Positions 15,965 to 27,097 of a stretch of DNA of 27,097 bases are shown piece by piece. How positions within the stretch are numbered: position 1 is the first letter of the stretch; each line of letters begins with the position of its first letter. The stretch is from PVC group bacterium (GTDB taxonomy: Bacteria; Auribacterota; Erginobacteria; Erginobacterales; Erginobacteraceae): contig JAZDIV010000047.1 in NCBI GenBank assembly GCA_043804695.1, positions 1 through 27,097 on the forward strand, in the 5' to 3' direction. The notes beneath the pieces were generated by a model that was not told the DNA's origin, did no database searches, and saw only the letters and a list, made by a program, of their open reading frames with translations. The translations under genes and the position numbers were made by a program.

Positions 15965-16747
15965 ATGATGAATCTGATCGACTGCCACGCCCATCTCGAC
16001 GAGTTTGACGATATCGGTTCCGTTCTCGAGCGGGCGGCCTCTGCCGGGGTCGGCGGGATCCTCGGTGTCGGCGTCAATACCGCCACCAGCCGGAAGATCC
16101 TGGAGATCTCCCGAATCCATCCTTCACCCGGGATTGCGCCGGCCGCCGGCCTCTATCCCGATGAAGTCACGGAGGGCGAAATCGGGACCATCCTGGAACT
16201 GATCGATCGGGAACATCCCGGTTTGGCGGCACTCGGCGAGATCGGTCTCGATTACTGGGTCCGGGCCCTTCGCAAGAAGCAGCCGGGCCGGGAACGGACA
16301 AAGGCGCTCCAGCAGGAAGCCTTCCGCCGGCAGCTCAGGAAGGCCCGGCAGTATTCGCTGGTGCCGATCGTACACAGCCGCGGGGCCTGGGCGGATTGTT
16401 TCCGGCTGGTGGAGGAGGAGGGCCTGGAGCGGGCGGTCTTCCACTGGTACACCGGTCCCCTGGATGTGCTGGATAAAATTCTGGCCGCCGGCTACCACGT
16501 CTCCGCCACCCCGGCGACCGCCTACAGTCCCCAGTTGAGGGAAGTACTTCAGAGGACTCCGCTCGAGAAGATTATCCTGGAGACGGATTGCCCGGTGCCC
16601 CGGTGGGAAGGAGAGGAAAGGATCCGGACCGAGCCGGCCGACGTTTGTTATTCATTGAAAGCAGTTGCTCAATTGAAAGGAATCCCGGAAGAGGAGGTTG
16701 CCCGAATTACTACAGATACTGCTAGGAAACTCTTTTTTAAAGTGTAA
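15965..16747 (+). CDS. tatD: TatD-family hydrolase/nuclease
   Basis: IDCHAHL, GEIGLDY, VHSR, VFHWYTG, LETDCP. Confidence 0.92.
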   Translation: MMNLIDCHAHLDEFDDIGSVLERAASAGVGGILGVGVNTATSRKILEISRIHPSPGIAPAAGLYPDEVTEGEIGTILELIDREHPGLAALGEIGLDYWVRALRKKQPGRERTKALQQEAFRRQLRKARQYSLVPIVHSRGAWADCFRLVEEEGLERAVFHWYTGPLDVLDKILAAGYHVSATPATAYSPQLREVLQRTPLEKIILETDCPVPRWEGEERIRTEPADVCYSLKAVAQLKGIPEEEVARITTDTARKLFFKV

Positions 16748-16774
16748 GCGCCAATATCTGATAAATAATATTTA

Positions 16775-16917
16775 GTGTCTGACCGAAAACCCTAAAATTC
16801 AGGTCATTGCGAGGAGGGACGACGAAGCAATCTGCTTAGTTTGTGAGGAGATTGCTTTGTCGCTCCGCTCCTCGCAATGACAAAATCTATGCGTTTCAGG
16901 GGTTTTCGTTCAGACAC
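16775..16917. mobile_element. 143-bp MITE-like element
   Basis: Terminal IRs GTGTCTGACCGAAAACCC / GGGTTTTCGTTCAGACAC (17/18 match), flanked by direct repeat TATTTA (16769-16774, 16918-16923). Confidence 0.7.
16803..16881. repeat. 79-bp palindromic element, copy 2 (nested in the MITE)
   Basis: GTCATTGCGAGGA...GACGAAGCAATCT...AGATTGCT...CTCGCAATGAC. Confidence 0.9.
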
Positions 16918-16940
16918 TATTTAGTAAAAATCCCAAATCC

Positions 16941-16971
16941 CAAGCACCTCAGCCTCCGGCTGAGGTGCTTG
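16941..16971 (-). repeat. 14-bp-stem hairpin with GCC-tcc-GGC core
   Basis: CAAGCACCTCAGCC-tcc-GGCTGAGGTGCTTG followed by TTATTT; may double as a terminator. Confidence 0.75.
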
Positions 16972-17012
16972 TTATTTGTGATTTCTTCAATCTCTGGAAT
17001 TGACAACACTCA

Positions 17013-18179
17013 ATGAGCTTAGAATCTTCCCCCCGCCTTTATACAACCGAATTCCTGAAGGTGACCGTGATCATGTTCTTGATCATGACCACCATGACCA
17101 TGTTTCTTCTTCTCCCCCTGCTGATCGAAAAAATGGGCGGCGATGCGGCGGACATTGGACTGGTGATGGGGATCACTCCGCTCGGCGCCGTGATCAGCCG
17201 GATCTTCTGGGGCCGGTGGATGGACCTGGCGGGAAGGAAAAAGATACTTCTCCTCGGCACGCTGCTCAATACGGCCGCGATCCTGCTTTTCCTCACGGTC
17301 CGCGGGGTGGGGATCCTGATGGTCATGCTCCGTCTTCTCCAGGGTCTCGCGTTGGGGGGGAATATCACCGCGGTCTGGACGATCATCGCCGATATCACGC
17401 CGCAGCGACGCCTGGCGGAGTCGCTGGGGATCTTCGGAATCGCCGGGATGGCGGCGCTGGCGCTGGGGCCGTGGGGAGGGGAACTGGTCATGAAAGCGCA
17501 CGGTTTTCCGGGGCTGTTCATCGCCTCCGGTCTTCTCTCCCTCACCGCCGTACTCCTCTCCCTCCGGGTCAGGGAGAGCCGACCCTCATCAGCCTGCGAT
17601 TCAATTACCCCCTCCTATCGGAAAATGCTGAAGGGCGGGGTGATGTCCGTCTTCCTGGTCACGATCGCCTTCGCCGTCAGCCGGAGCGCCTTCGCCTCTT
17701 TCTTCGCCGAGTACTCCCGGCTCCGGCAGATCGGCTCTATGGGCGTGTACTCCATCATCTATTCGGGGACGACGATCGGCTTCCGGCTTCTGGCCGGCAG
17801 GCTCCCCGACCGACTCGGGCGAACCCGGGTCCTGATCCCGGCCCTGATCGTCTTCGGGACCGGGATCGGCCTGATCGCGTTCATCCATTCCTGGCCCCTT
17901 TTCATTCTCTCCGCGTTTTTCTGCGGGCTGGGGCACTGTTTTCTCTACCCGGTCCTGAACGCCCTGGTCATCCAGAAAGTGCACTCCTGCACCCGGGGCA
18001 CGGCCACCGGTCTTTTTATCAACAGTTTTGACCTCGGGATCGGAGCGGGCTCGATCGCCTGGGGGCTGGCGGCCCAGTTCGGAGGGTACCGCCTGATGTA
18101 TCTGCTTGGGGGAGCAACCGCCCTGCTCGGGATCGGGGGCGTTCGCCGCTTACTCAGGGAAGCTTCACCTGCCGGGTGA
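17013..18179 (+). CDS. MFS transporter
   Basis: About 12 hydrophobic segments; motif A GRWMDLAGRKK and GRLPDRLGRTR; RLLQGLALG. Confidence 0.93.
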   Translation: MSLESSPRLYTTEFLKVTVIMFLIMTTMTMFLLLPLLIEKMGGDAADIGLVMGITPLGAVISRIFWGRWMDLAGRKKILLLGTLLNTAAILLFLTVRGVGILMVMLRLLQGLALGGNITAVWTIIADITPQRRLAESLGIFGIAGMAALALGPWGGELVMKAHGFPGLFIASGLLSLTAVLLSLRVRESRPSSACDSITPSYRKMLKGGVMSVFLVTIAFAVSRSAFASFFAEYSRLRQIGSMGVYSIIYSGTTIGFRLLAGRLPDRLGRTRVLIPALIVFGTGIGLIAFIHSWPLFILSAFFCGLGHCFLYPVLNALVIQKVHSCTRGTATGLFINSFDLGIGAGSIAWGLAAQFGGYRLMYLLGGATALLGIGGVRRLLREASPAG

Positions 18180-18339
18180 CCGTTTTTGTCCGTAGCATTT
18201 CCCGCCGGTTCCGGTATACTGTGCTTTTACCGCCGGCATTAACAGGAAGAATAACACGTTGTCCTTCCGGAGAAGAAAAAACAGAGTGCTGTAGCCGTAT
18301 AAACGAGATTGCTATTCATAATGCATTGAACGACAATCA

Positions 18340-18391
18340 TTAACCCGAATTATTCATGAAAATTTTAAATTTCATGAATAATTCGGGTTAA
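18340..18391. repeat. Perfect 22-bp inverted repeat ending 5 nt before the uvrA ATG (possible mini-MITE between TTAA sites)
   Basis: TTAACCCGAATTATTCATGAAA-8 nt-TTTCATGAATAATTCGGGTTAA. Confidence 0.8.
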
Positions 18392-18396
18392 GCCCG

Positions 18397-21261
<2,865 letters not shown>

Positions 21262-21303
21262 TGCTTGGTATCGAAAATATCTTACCACGAAGAACATGTG
21301 GAA

Positions 21304-21498
21304 AAATGACTAAATCCGAATGAGACATGACGAAAGAATGTCGAATCCAGAATGACGAAACTTTCTCCGGCTGTCTGCGTTGCGTAGTCGAGGGGTGAAA
21401 TTGGAAATTTAGTAATTCATCATTCGGATTTCATTCGGGTTTCGTCATTCGGTTTTCGTCATTTATTTTCGGGTTTCGTCATTTGAGTTTCGTCATTT
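21304..21498. repeat. Inverted array of AATGACGAAA / TTTCGTCATT units
   Basis: Two ATGACGAAA plus degenerate copies on the left; four TTTCGTCATT plus TCATTCGG on the right. Confidence 0.8.
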
Positions 21499-21573
21499 CT
21501 TTATTCATGCTCTTATTCTCTGTTATGTTACTATCATCTTTAACTGAACCAATAATGTATCCGGAGGTTTCCC

Positions 21574-22194
21574 ATGTCTTTCTTTGTCTTTAACCAGGGC
21601 GGTCCCCTGATGTACCTGATCCTGCTGGGCTCGGTGATCGGCCTGGCGGTTTTCCTTGAACGGTCCTTCCACCTGCACCGGGCCCGGATCGACACCGATC
21701 AGTTCATGAAAGAAATCCGTTCGCTGATCCGGCAGAAGAAGATTGCCGAAGCCATCAGCCTCTGCCGCCGGACGCCCGGCCCGGTTGCCCACATCCTGAC
21801 CGCCGGGCTGGCCCAGCACGGGCGCAGCCGCCCGGAGATCCGGGAAGCGATCGAGGACGCGGGCGTCCACGAAGTGCCCCGGCTGGAGAAGAACCTGATC
21901 GTCCTCGCCACCGTGGCCCATGTTTCGCCTCTGCTGGGGCTCCTGGGAACGGTGACGGGGATGATCCGGGCCTTCATGACCATTCAGGAGATGGAAGGGG
22001 TGGTCAACCCCTCCGATCTGGCCGGCGGCATCTGGGAAGCGCTCCTGACCACCGCCTTCGGTCTCCTGGTGGCGATCATGGCGTATGTGGCCTACAATTA
22101 CCTGGTGTCCCGGGTGGGGAAGATGGTCCTGGACATGGAGACCAGCGCGTCCGACGTCGTCAGCCTCCTCTCCGAAGAAGGCACTTCTGATTAG
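21574..22194 (+). CDS. exbB: MotA/TolQ/ExbB proton channel protein
   Basis: GGPLMY, SPLLGLLGTVTGMI, GGIWEALLTTAFGLLVAI; GGAGGT RBS. Confidence 0.92.
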   Translation: MSFFVFNQGGPLMYLILLGSVIGLAVFLERSFHLHRARIDTDQFMKEIRSLIRQKKIAEAISLCRRTPGPVAHILTAGLAQHGRSRPEIREAIEDAGVHEVPRLEKNLIVLATVAHVSPLLGLLGTVTGMIRAFMTIQEMEGVVNPSDLAGGIWEALLTTAFGLLVAIMAYVAYNYLVSRVGKMVLDMETSASDVVSLLSEEGTSD

Positions 22195-22244
22195 GGCATG
22201 AGCACCGATCCTGGAAACTGTGTGTTGTTCGGCCGGATGATTAT

Positions 22245-22277
22245 TTTTAAAATTTTACCGCAGGTAAAATTTTAAAA
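22245..22277 (+). repeat. AT-rich hairpin (family B) overlapping the A of the exbD start codon
   Basis: TTTTAAAATTTTACC-gca-GGTAAAATTTTAAAA|TG, perfect 15-bp stem. Confidence 0.85.
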
Positions 22278-22699
22278 TGAAGTTTAAACGAAAGACAATG
22301 CTGGAGCGGGGGCGGCTTGACATTGCTCCTCTCATTGACGTCGTTCTCCTTCTCCTGATCTTTTTCATGCTCACCTCCAGCTTTATCACCCCGGCGGGCT
22401 TGAGGGTCGATCTCCCCGAATCAAGCGTCGCCGAGCCGCAGGAGAAGGAGAATCTGGTCATCGTCATTTCCGGGGAGGGGGACCTGTTTATCGAAAATGA
22501 GCCGGTCTCCTGGGATTCCTGCCGGGAGCGGCTGGCTTCCAGCCTCGCCTTTTCCCCGAAAAGGGTCTTGATTCTGGAAGCGGATCGCCAGGCCCGCCAC
22601 GGGGTGGTGGTGCGGGTGATGTCCCTGGCCAGGGAACTCGGCTGGAAACGGATGGCGATCGCCGCCCAGCCTAACGCGAATGTAACAGACGAAGATTAG
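22277..22699 (+). CDS. exbD: ExbD/TolR biopolymer transport protein
   Basis: DIAPLIDVVLLLLIFFMLTS, VDLP, ADRQARHGVVVRVM. Confidence 0.93.
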   Translation: MKFKRKTMLERGRLDIAPLIDVVLLLLIFFMLTSSFITPAGLRVDLPESSVAEPQEKENLVIVISGEGDLFIENEPVSWDSCRERLASSLAFSPKRVLILEADRQARHGVVVRVMSLARELGWKRMAIAAQPNANVTDED

Positions 22700-22955
22700 T
22701 TATTTTCCCCCCCGCCTCTCCCCCGATAAGAAAGCAGACGATTGAATGTGATTGAATAGATTTGGTTGGCCCGCCGCCACGGTCGACGTTCGACGTTCAA
22801 TCTTTTACCGGGCGCCATGCTCTATGCTCTCTGCGTCTCCGCGGTTCATCTTTTGCCGTAAAAATCGTCAAAAACCGTGATTTTTTCGAAATTTCTTTTT
22901 TTCCTCTCGTCGATGTAGTAAACTCACATTCAAGACAACCCCCTTACTTACCTGT

Positions 22956-22982
22956 TAAAATTTTTGCGGAGCCAAAATTTTA
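22956..22982 (+). repeat. AT-rich hairpin (family B) ending 1 nt before the dnaE ATG
   Basis: TAAAATTTTtGC-gga-GCcAAAATTTTA-T-ATG, 12-bp arms with 1 mismatch. Confidence 0.75.
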
Positions 22983-22983
22983 T

Positions 22984-25900
22984 ATGAGTTCTTCCGACTT
23001 CGTCCATCTTCACGTACATACCGAGTATAGCCTGCTGGACGGCGCCTGTCGGCTGCCGGTTCTCCTGGAACGCGCCTCCCGGCTGAAGATGCCGGCTCTG
23101 GCCATTACCGATCACGGATCGATGTCCGGGGTGGTGAAGTTTTACAAGGCGGCCCTGGACGTGGGCATCAAGCCCATCATTGGCTGCGAATTCTATGTCG
23201 CTCCCGCCGGCCGTTTTGATAAAACCGCCGGCCCGAAAGCGGCGGCCTCTCACCTCACCCTCCTGGCCCGGGACCGGACGGGGTATCAGAATCTTTTAGT
23301 GCTCATCTCCCGGGCTCACCTGGAAGGTTTTTATTACAAGCCCCGGATCGACCGGGAGCTGCTGGAAGAGCGCCATCAGGGGCTGATCGGGTTAAGCGGC
23401 TGCCTGAAGGGGGAAATCGCCCGGGCGTTGCTGGGGGACGACCGCCCGGCCGCCGAAGGCTTCCTGGCCTATTATTCCGATCTTTTTGGCAGGGATAATT
23501 TCTACCTCGAGCTGATGGATCACGGCCTGCCCGAGCAGAAGCGGCTCACCCCGCTCCTGCTCGATCTCTCCCGCCGATCCGGGGTGCCGCCGGCAGCCAC
23601 CAACGATGTCCATTACGTGAATCGGGAAGACGCCTATTCCCAGGAGGTTTTGCTCTGCATCCAGACCGGGCGGCAGCTGGAGGACAAGGCCCGGATGAAG
23701 CTCGCCTCCGAGGAGTTTTACCTGAAGTCCGCCCAGGAGATGGGAGCGCTTTTCGGCGAAGTGCCGGAGGCTCTCCTGAACACCCGCCGGATCGCCGACC
23801 GGTGTTCGCTGGAGATGGAGTTCGGACTAGATCTCCTTCCCCGCTTCGAGCCCCCCCCGGGAAAGACCCCCCCGGAATATCTCCGGGAACTTTGCGAGAA
23901 AGGGATCGCCGGGCGTTACGGGAGGGAAACGGAAACGATCCGGGAGCGTCTGGAGCATGAGTTGAAAGTTATCGAGGGGAAACGCTTCGCCAGTTATTTC
24001 CTGATCGTCTGGGATCTTATCCGTTACGCGAAAGTTCACAAAATACCGGTCGGGCCCGGCCGCGGGTCCGTCGCCGGGAGCATTGTCGCCTACCTGCTCG
24101 GGATCACCGACATCGACCCTTTCCGGCACGACCTGCTCTTTGAGCGTTTTCTCAACCCCAACCGGACCACGATGCCGGACATCGACATGGATATTTCCGA
24201 CCAGGGGCGGGCGGAACTGATTAAATATTCCAGCCAGAAATACGGGGAAGAACGGGTCTGCCAGATCATCACCTTCGGCTCCATGAAGGCCCGGGCGGTC
24301 ATCCGCGATGTCGGACGGGTGATGGGGATGCCGTACGGGGAGGTCGACCGGATTGCCAAACTGGTCCCCCCGGGCCCTCACATGACCCTGCAGAAAGCCC
24401 TCCAGGCCGAACCGAAACTGCAGGCTCTCTATGAGAAAGACGCCCGGCTCCAGGAGTTATTCGACGCCAGTTTCAAGCTGGAAGGGATCTCCCGCCACGC
24501 CGGGACCCACGCCGCCGGGGTTCTTATCTCCCGCCGGCCCCTGATCGAGAACGTGCCGCTTCGGCGGGGGAAGGACGATGAGGTGATCACCCAGTTCGAC
24601 ATGCACGACGCGGAAGAAGTCGGCCTCCTCAAAATGGATTTCCTCGGGCTGCGCACCCTCTCCGTCATTCAGAACACGCTGGATCTGATCGAGAAGATCC
24701 GGGGGGAGGTGATCGGCATCAACGCCATTACCCTCGATGATCCCGAAACCTTCAGCCTCCTCTCCAAGGCCAACACCATGGGAGTGTTCCAGCTGGAAGG
24801 ATCCGGGATGAGGGATCTCTCCACCCGGATCGGATTGAAGAGGTTCGACGACATCCTGGACCTGGTCGCGCTCTACCGCCCGGGGCCGATGCATATGCTG
24901 GAGGACTACATCTCCCGGAAGCACGGCAAAATAAAGATCAAGTACGCCCACCCGCTCCTGGAGCCGATCCTGAAAGACACCTACGGCGTCATGCTCTACC
25001 AGGAGCAGGTGATGCTGATCGCCAACCGGCTGGGCGGTTTTACCCTGGCCAAAGCCGACACCCTCCGCCAGGCGATGGCCAAGAAAAATGCCGAGAAGAT
25101 GGCCCAGCTGGGCGAATCCTTTATCAGGGGAGCGATGGAGAGGGGGATCGCGAGATCGGTGGCGGAAAACATTTTTCAAGACATGTCCCGGTTCGCCGCC
25201 TACGGCTTCAACAAGTCTCACAGCGCGGCCTACGCCATGATCGCGTACCGCACCGCCTACCTGAAGGCCCATTATCCCCGGGAGTTCATGGCGTCGCTTC
25301 TTACCAGTGAGATGAACGACATGGACAAGATGATGTCCTATGTGGCGGAGTGCCGGGAGATGGGGATCGAGGTCATGCCCCCGGACATCAACGAGAGCGA
25401 AGCCAGTTTTACCGTGGTCGGGAAAAATATCCGTTTCGGGCTGAACGCCATCAAGAATGTGGGCGCGGTCGCGGTCGCGGCGATTTTGTCCGCCCGCCGG
25501 GAGGGGGGGGCGTTTGATTCTTTTTTCCGGCTGCTGGAGAGACTGGATCTCTCTGCGGTTAATAAAAAAGTCCTGGAGACCCTGATCAAGTGCGGCGCCC
25601 TCGACTCCCTTCCCGGTTTTCGGTCGCAGAAGCTGGAGGTCCTGGACGGCGCGCTCCAGAGGGCTCATCTGACCCGGAAAGACCGGGAGAACGGACAGAG
25701 CACGCTCTTTGCTCAGTTCGAGACGGAGAAGAGGGAAAACGGCGAAACTGGTTTCCCGGAGATGGACGAATGGCACCAGAACCAGTGCCTGGCCATGGAG
25801 AAGGAACTGATGGGAATGTACATCTCCGGCCACCCCCTGAGTGCGCACGAAAAGATCATCCGGTCGCTCTCCACACACTCGATCCTCCAGCTGAGGGAGC

Positions 25901-26418
25901 TCAGGGATGGAACACAGGTCAGGGTGGGGGGGATCATCGAGCAGGTCAAGGAGCAGACGCTGCAGAAGACCGGCCGCACGTTTGCCTTCTGCCAGATGGA
26001 GGACCTGACCGGGGTGGTTGAGGTGACGGCCTGGAGCGATGAGTACCGCGCCTTCGGCCACCTGCTCCAGCCGGGGAAGATCGTCTTCGTGGAGGGCAAA
26101 GTCAAGTCCCGCGACCGGGGGAGCAATGTCCAGATCTCGATGGTGTATCCCCTCGAGGAGGCGCAGGAGCATTTTGCCCGGGCCCTCCATGTTGATCTTC
26201 ACCTGGCCGCCCTTGACGGCGAGCGGATCCAGGCCCTGCGGCAGGTGCTCGGCCGCGTCCGGGGCCGCTGCCCGGTGTATCTCGATTTCGCTTTTGCCAC
26301 CGGGGAAAAAGTCATCATTCAGGCCGGCGAGCAATACCGGGTGCAATGCACGCCCCAGCTGATCAAGGAGATTGAGGATCTGCTGGGCGAGAATACCGCA
26401 TTTATCAAGACCCGGTGA
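22984..26418 (+). CDS. dnaE: DNA polymerase III alpha subunit
   Basis: FVHLHVHTEYSLLDG, GPGRGS, PDIDMD, LLKMDFLGL, YGFNKSHS, OB fold; start moved to ATG 22984; no intein-sized insert. Confidence 0.98.
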   Translation: MSSSDFVHLHVHTEYSLLDGACRLPVLLERASRLKMPALAITDHGSMSGVVKFYKAALDVGIKPIIGCEFYVAPAGRFDKTAGPKAAASHLTLLARDRTGYQNLLVLISRAHLEGFYYKPRIDRELLEERHQGLIGLSGCLKGEIARALLGDDRPAAEGFLAYYSDLFGRDNFYLELMDHGLPEQKRLTPLLLDLSRRSGVPPAATNDVHYVNREDAYSQEVLLCIQTGRQLEDKARMKLASEEFYLKSAQEMGALFGEVPEALLNTRRIADRCSLEMEFGLDLLPRFEPPPGKTPPEYLRELCEKGIAGRYGRETETIRERLEHELKVIEGKRFASYFLIVWDLIRYAKVHKIPVGPGRGSVAGSIVAYLLGITDIDPFRHDLLFERFLNPNRTTMPDIDMDISDQGRAELIKYSSQKYGEERVCQIITFGSMKARAVIRDVGRVMGMPYGEVDRIAKLVPPGPHMTLQKALQAEPKLQALYEKDARLQELFDASFKLEGISRHAGTHAAGVLISRRPLIENVPLRRGKDDEVITQFDMHDAEEVGLLKMDFLGLRTLSVIQNTLDLIEKIRGEVIGINAITLDDPETFSLLSKANTMGVFQLEGSGMRDLSTRIGLKRFDDILDLVALYRPGPMHMLEDYISRKHGKIKIKYAHPLLEPILKDTYGVMLYQEQVMLIANRLGGFTLAKADTLRQAMAKKNAEKMAQLGESFIRGAMERGIARSVAENIFQDMSRFAAYGFNKSHSAAYAMIAYRTAYLKAHYPREFMASLLTSEMNDMDKMMSYVAECREMGIEVMPPDINESEASFTVVGKNIRFGLNAIKNVGAVAVAAILSARREGGAFDSFFRLLERLDLSAVNKKVLETLIKCGALDSLPGFRSQKLEVLDGALQRAHLTRKDRENGQSTLFAQFETEKRENGETGFPEMDEWHQNQCLAMEKELMGMYISGHPLSAHEKIIRSLSTHSILQLRELRDGTQVRVGGIIEQVKEQTLQKTGRTFAFCQMEDLTGVVEVTAWSDEYRAFGHLLQPGKIVFVEGKVKSRDRGSNVQISMVYPLEEAQEHFARALHVDLHLAALDGERIQALRQVLGRVRGRCPVYLDFAFATGEKVIIQAGEQYRVQCTPQLIKEIEDLLGENTAFIKTR

Positions 26419-26444
26419 GGCAGCCGCCCGGCCGGAATTTTATA

Positions 26445-26473
26445 TTGCATTGCCCCGGAGGGGCTGATAACAT
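26445..26473 (+). promoter_or_regulatory. Putative sigma70 promoter for HU
   Basis: TTGCAT-17 nt-TAACAT with TG at the extended -10 position. Confidence 0.5.
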
Positions 26474-26508
26474 GCAGCCCGCTCAAAATAGGGTTGCCGC
26501 ATCAACAG

Positions 26509-26553
26509 GATTGCTATTCAAGATAGTGAACGATAATGAATAATCCGGGTTAA
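26509..26553 (+). repeat. Motif shared with the uvrA upstream region
   Basis: GATTGCTATTCA (also 18307-18318), TGAACGAYAAT, ATGAATAATYCGGGTTAA (also 18374-18391). Confidence 0.75.
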
Positions 26554-26628
26554 CAGGCGAAATCCGCGGCGTCGGCGCGCCGCTTCAATGGTTTTCACGA
26601 TCGAGGAAGAATAGAAAGGGGGAAGAAG

Positions 26629-26913
26629 ATGACCAAACGAGACCTTGTGGTAAAGATAGCCGGTGAGACCGGTCTGACTCAACTGGCGGTCAAGGAGGTT
26701 ATTCAGAAATTTCTGGACAGCGTTATCGACGATCTGGCCCGGGGGGAGAACGTCGAATTCCGCAACTTCGGCGTCTTCCAGTGCGTCTACCGGAAGCCCC
26801 GGATCGGCCGGAATCCCCGGCGCCCGCAGGACATTGTGCAGATCCCGGGCCGGCGGGTGGTCCGGTTCAAGTCGGGCAAGGATATGAAGATCAAGGTGTC
26901 CCGGGCCGGCTGA
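26629..26913 (+). CDS. hup: HU/IHF family nucleoid-associated protein
   Basis: MTKRDLV, VEFRNFGVF, RIGRNPR, IPGRRVVRFKSGK; purine-rich RBS; HU versus IHF not resolvable by eye. Confidence 0.9.
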   Translation: MTKRDLVVKIAGETGLTQLAVKEVIQKFLDSVIDDLARGENVEFRNFGVFQCVYRKPRIGRNPRRPQDIVQIPGRRVVRFKSGKDMKIKVSRAG

Positions 26914-27021
26914 TTCCCGGGAGCTGTCATCTCCCCCGATCAAGAGGAATCCGTAAAACCGGCGACGGCGCTGCGACCGATGGCGGCGCCGTCTTCGCCA
27001 TAGATTATTCAGGTTCAGAAC

Positions 27022-27073
27022 AGACCCCAATCACAGTGATTGGGGTCTATCATTTTTACTCCGTAAAAATGAT
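27022..27073. repeat. Two abutting palindromes
   Basis: AGACCCCAATCAC-a-GTGATTGGGGTCT (27022-27048) and ATCATTTTTAC-tcc-GTAAAAATGAT (27049-27073). Confidence 0.75.
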
Positions 27074-27097
27074 ATGCTGCTGTTCCGTAAATTGAAT

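Noticed and set aside
22762..22983. N-terminal extension of DnaE in the ORF track (and 10811-10972 for the K+ channel)
   Set aside because: The extensions translate repeat-rich or AT-rich intergenic DNA from TTG starts; family-like sequence begins at the downstream ATG.
26961..26999. GC-rich hairpin after hup as an intrinsic terminator
   Set aside because: The stem is present but no U-tract follows on the sense strand.

Overview
GC-rich bacterial chromosomal segment with AT-rich intergenic gaps. The HU N-terminus (MTKRDLVVKI) looks PVC-superphylum-like, but this is a weak impression. Gene order: dprA, xerC, a small helical lipoprotein, a minus-strand TetR-TolC-MFP-RND efflux operon, a K+ channel, pyk, an exported hypothetical protein, site-2 protease, recJ, tatD, MFS transporter, uvrA, exbB-exbD (no tonB), dnaE and HU/IHF. 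I saw no rRNA, tRNA, CRISPR array or transposase. Unusual points: (1) six unrelated genes (dprA, RND, pyk, tatD, exbD, dnaE) have an 11-15 bp hairpin with a GNA loop on the coding strand that ends at or within 4 nt of the ATG, built from two different sequence families; (2) a dense REP-like palindrome family (core AGCGCC-NNN-GGCGCT), two identical inverted copies of which bracket the lipoprotein-efflux block beside xerC; (3) an RND permease in which the AcrB proton-relay residues D407/D408/K940/T978 read N/N/N/A; (4) MITE-like elements, including a motif shared upstream of uvrA and hup. All calls are by eye from the sequence and the ORF track; no searches were run.
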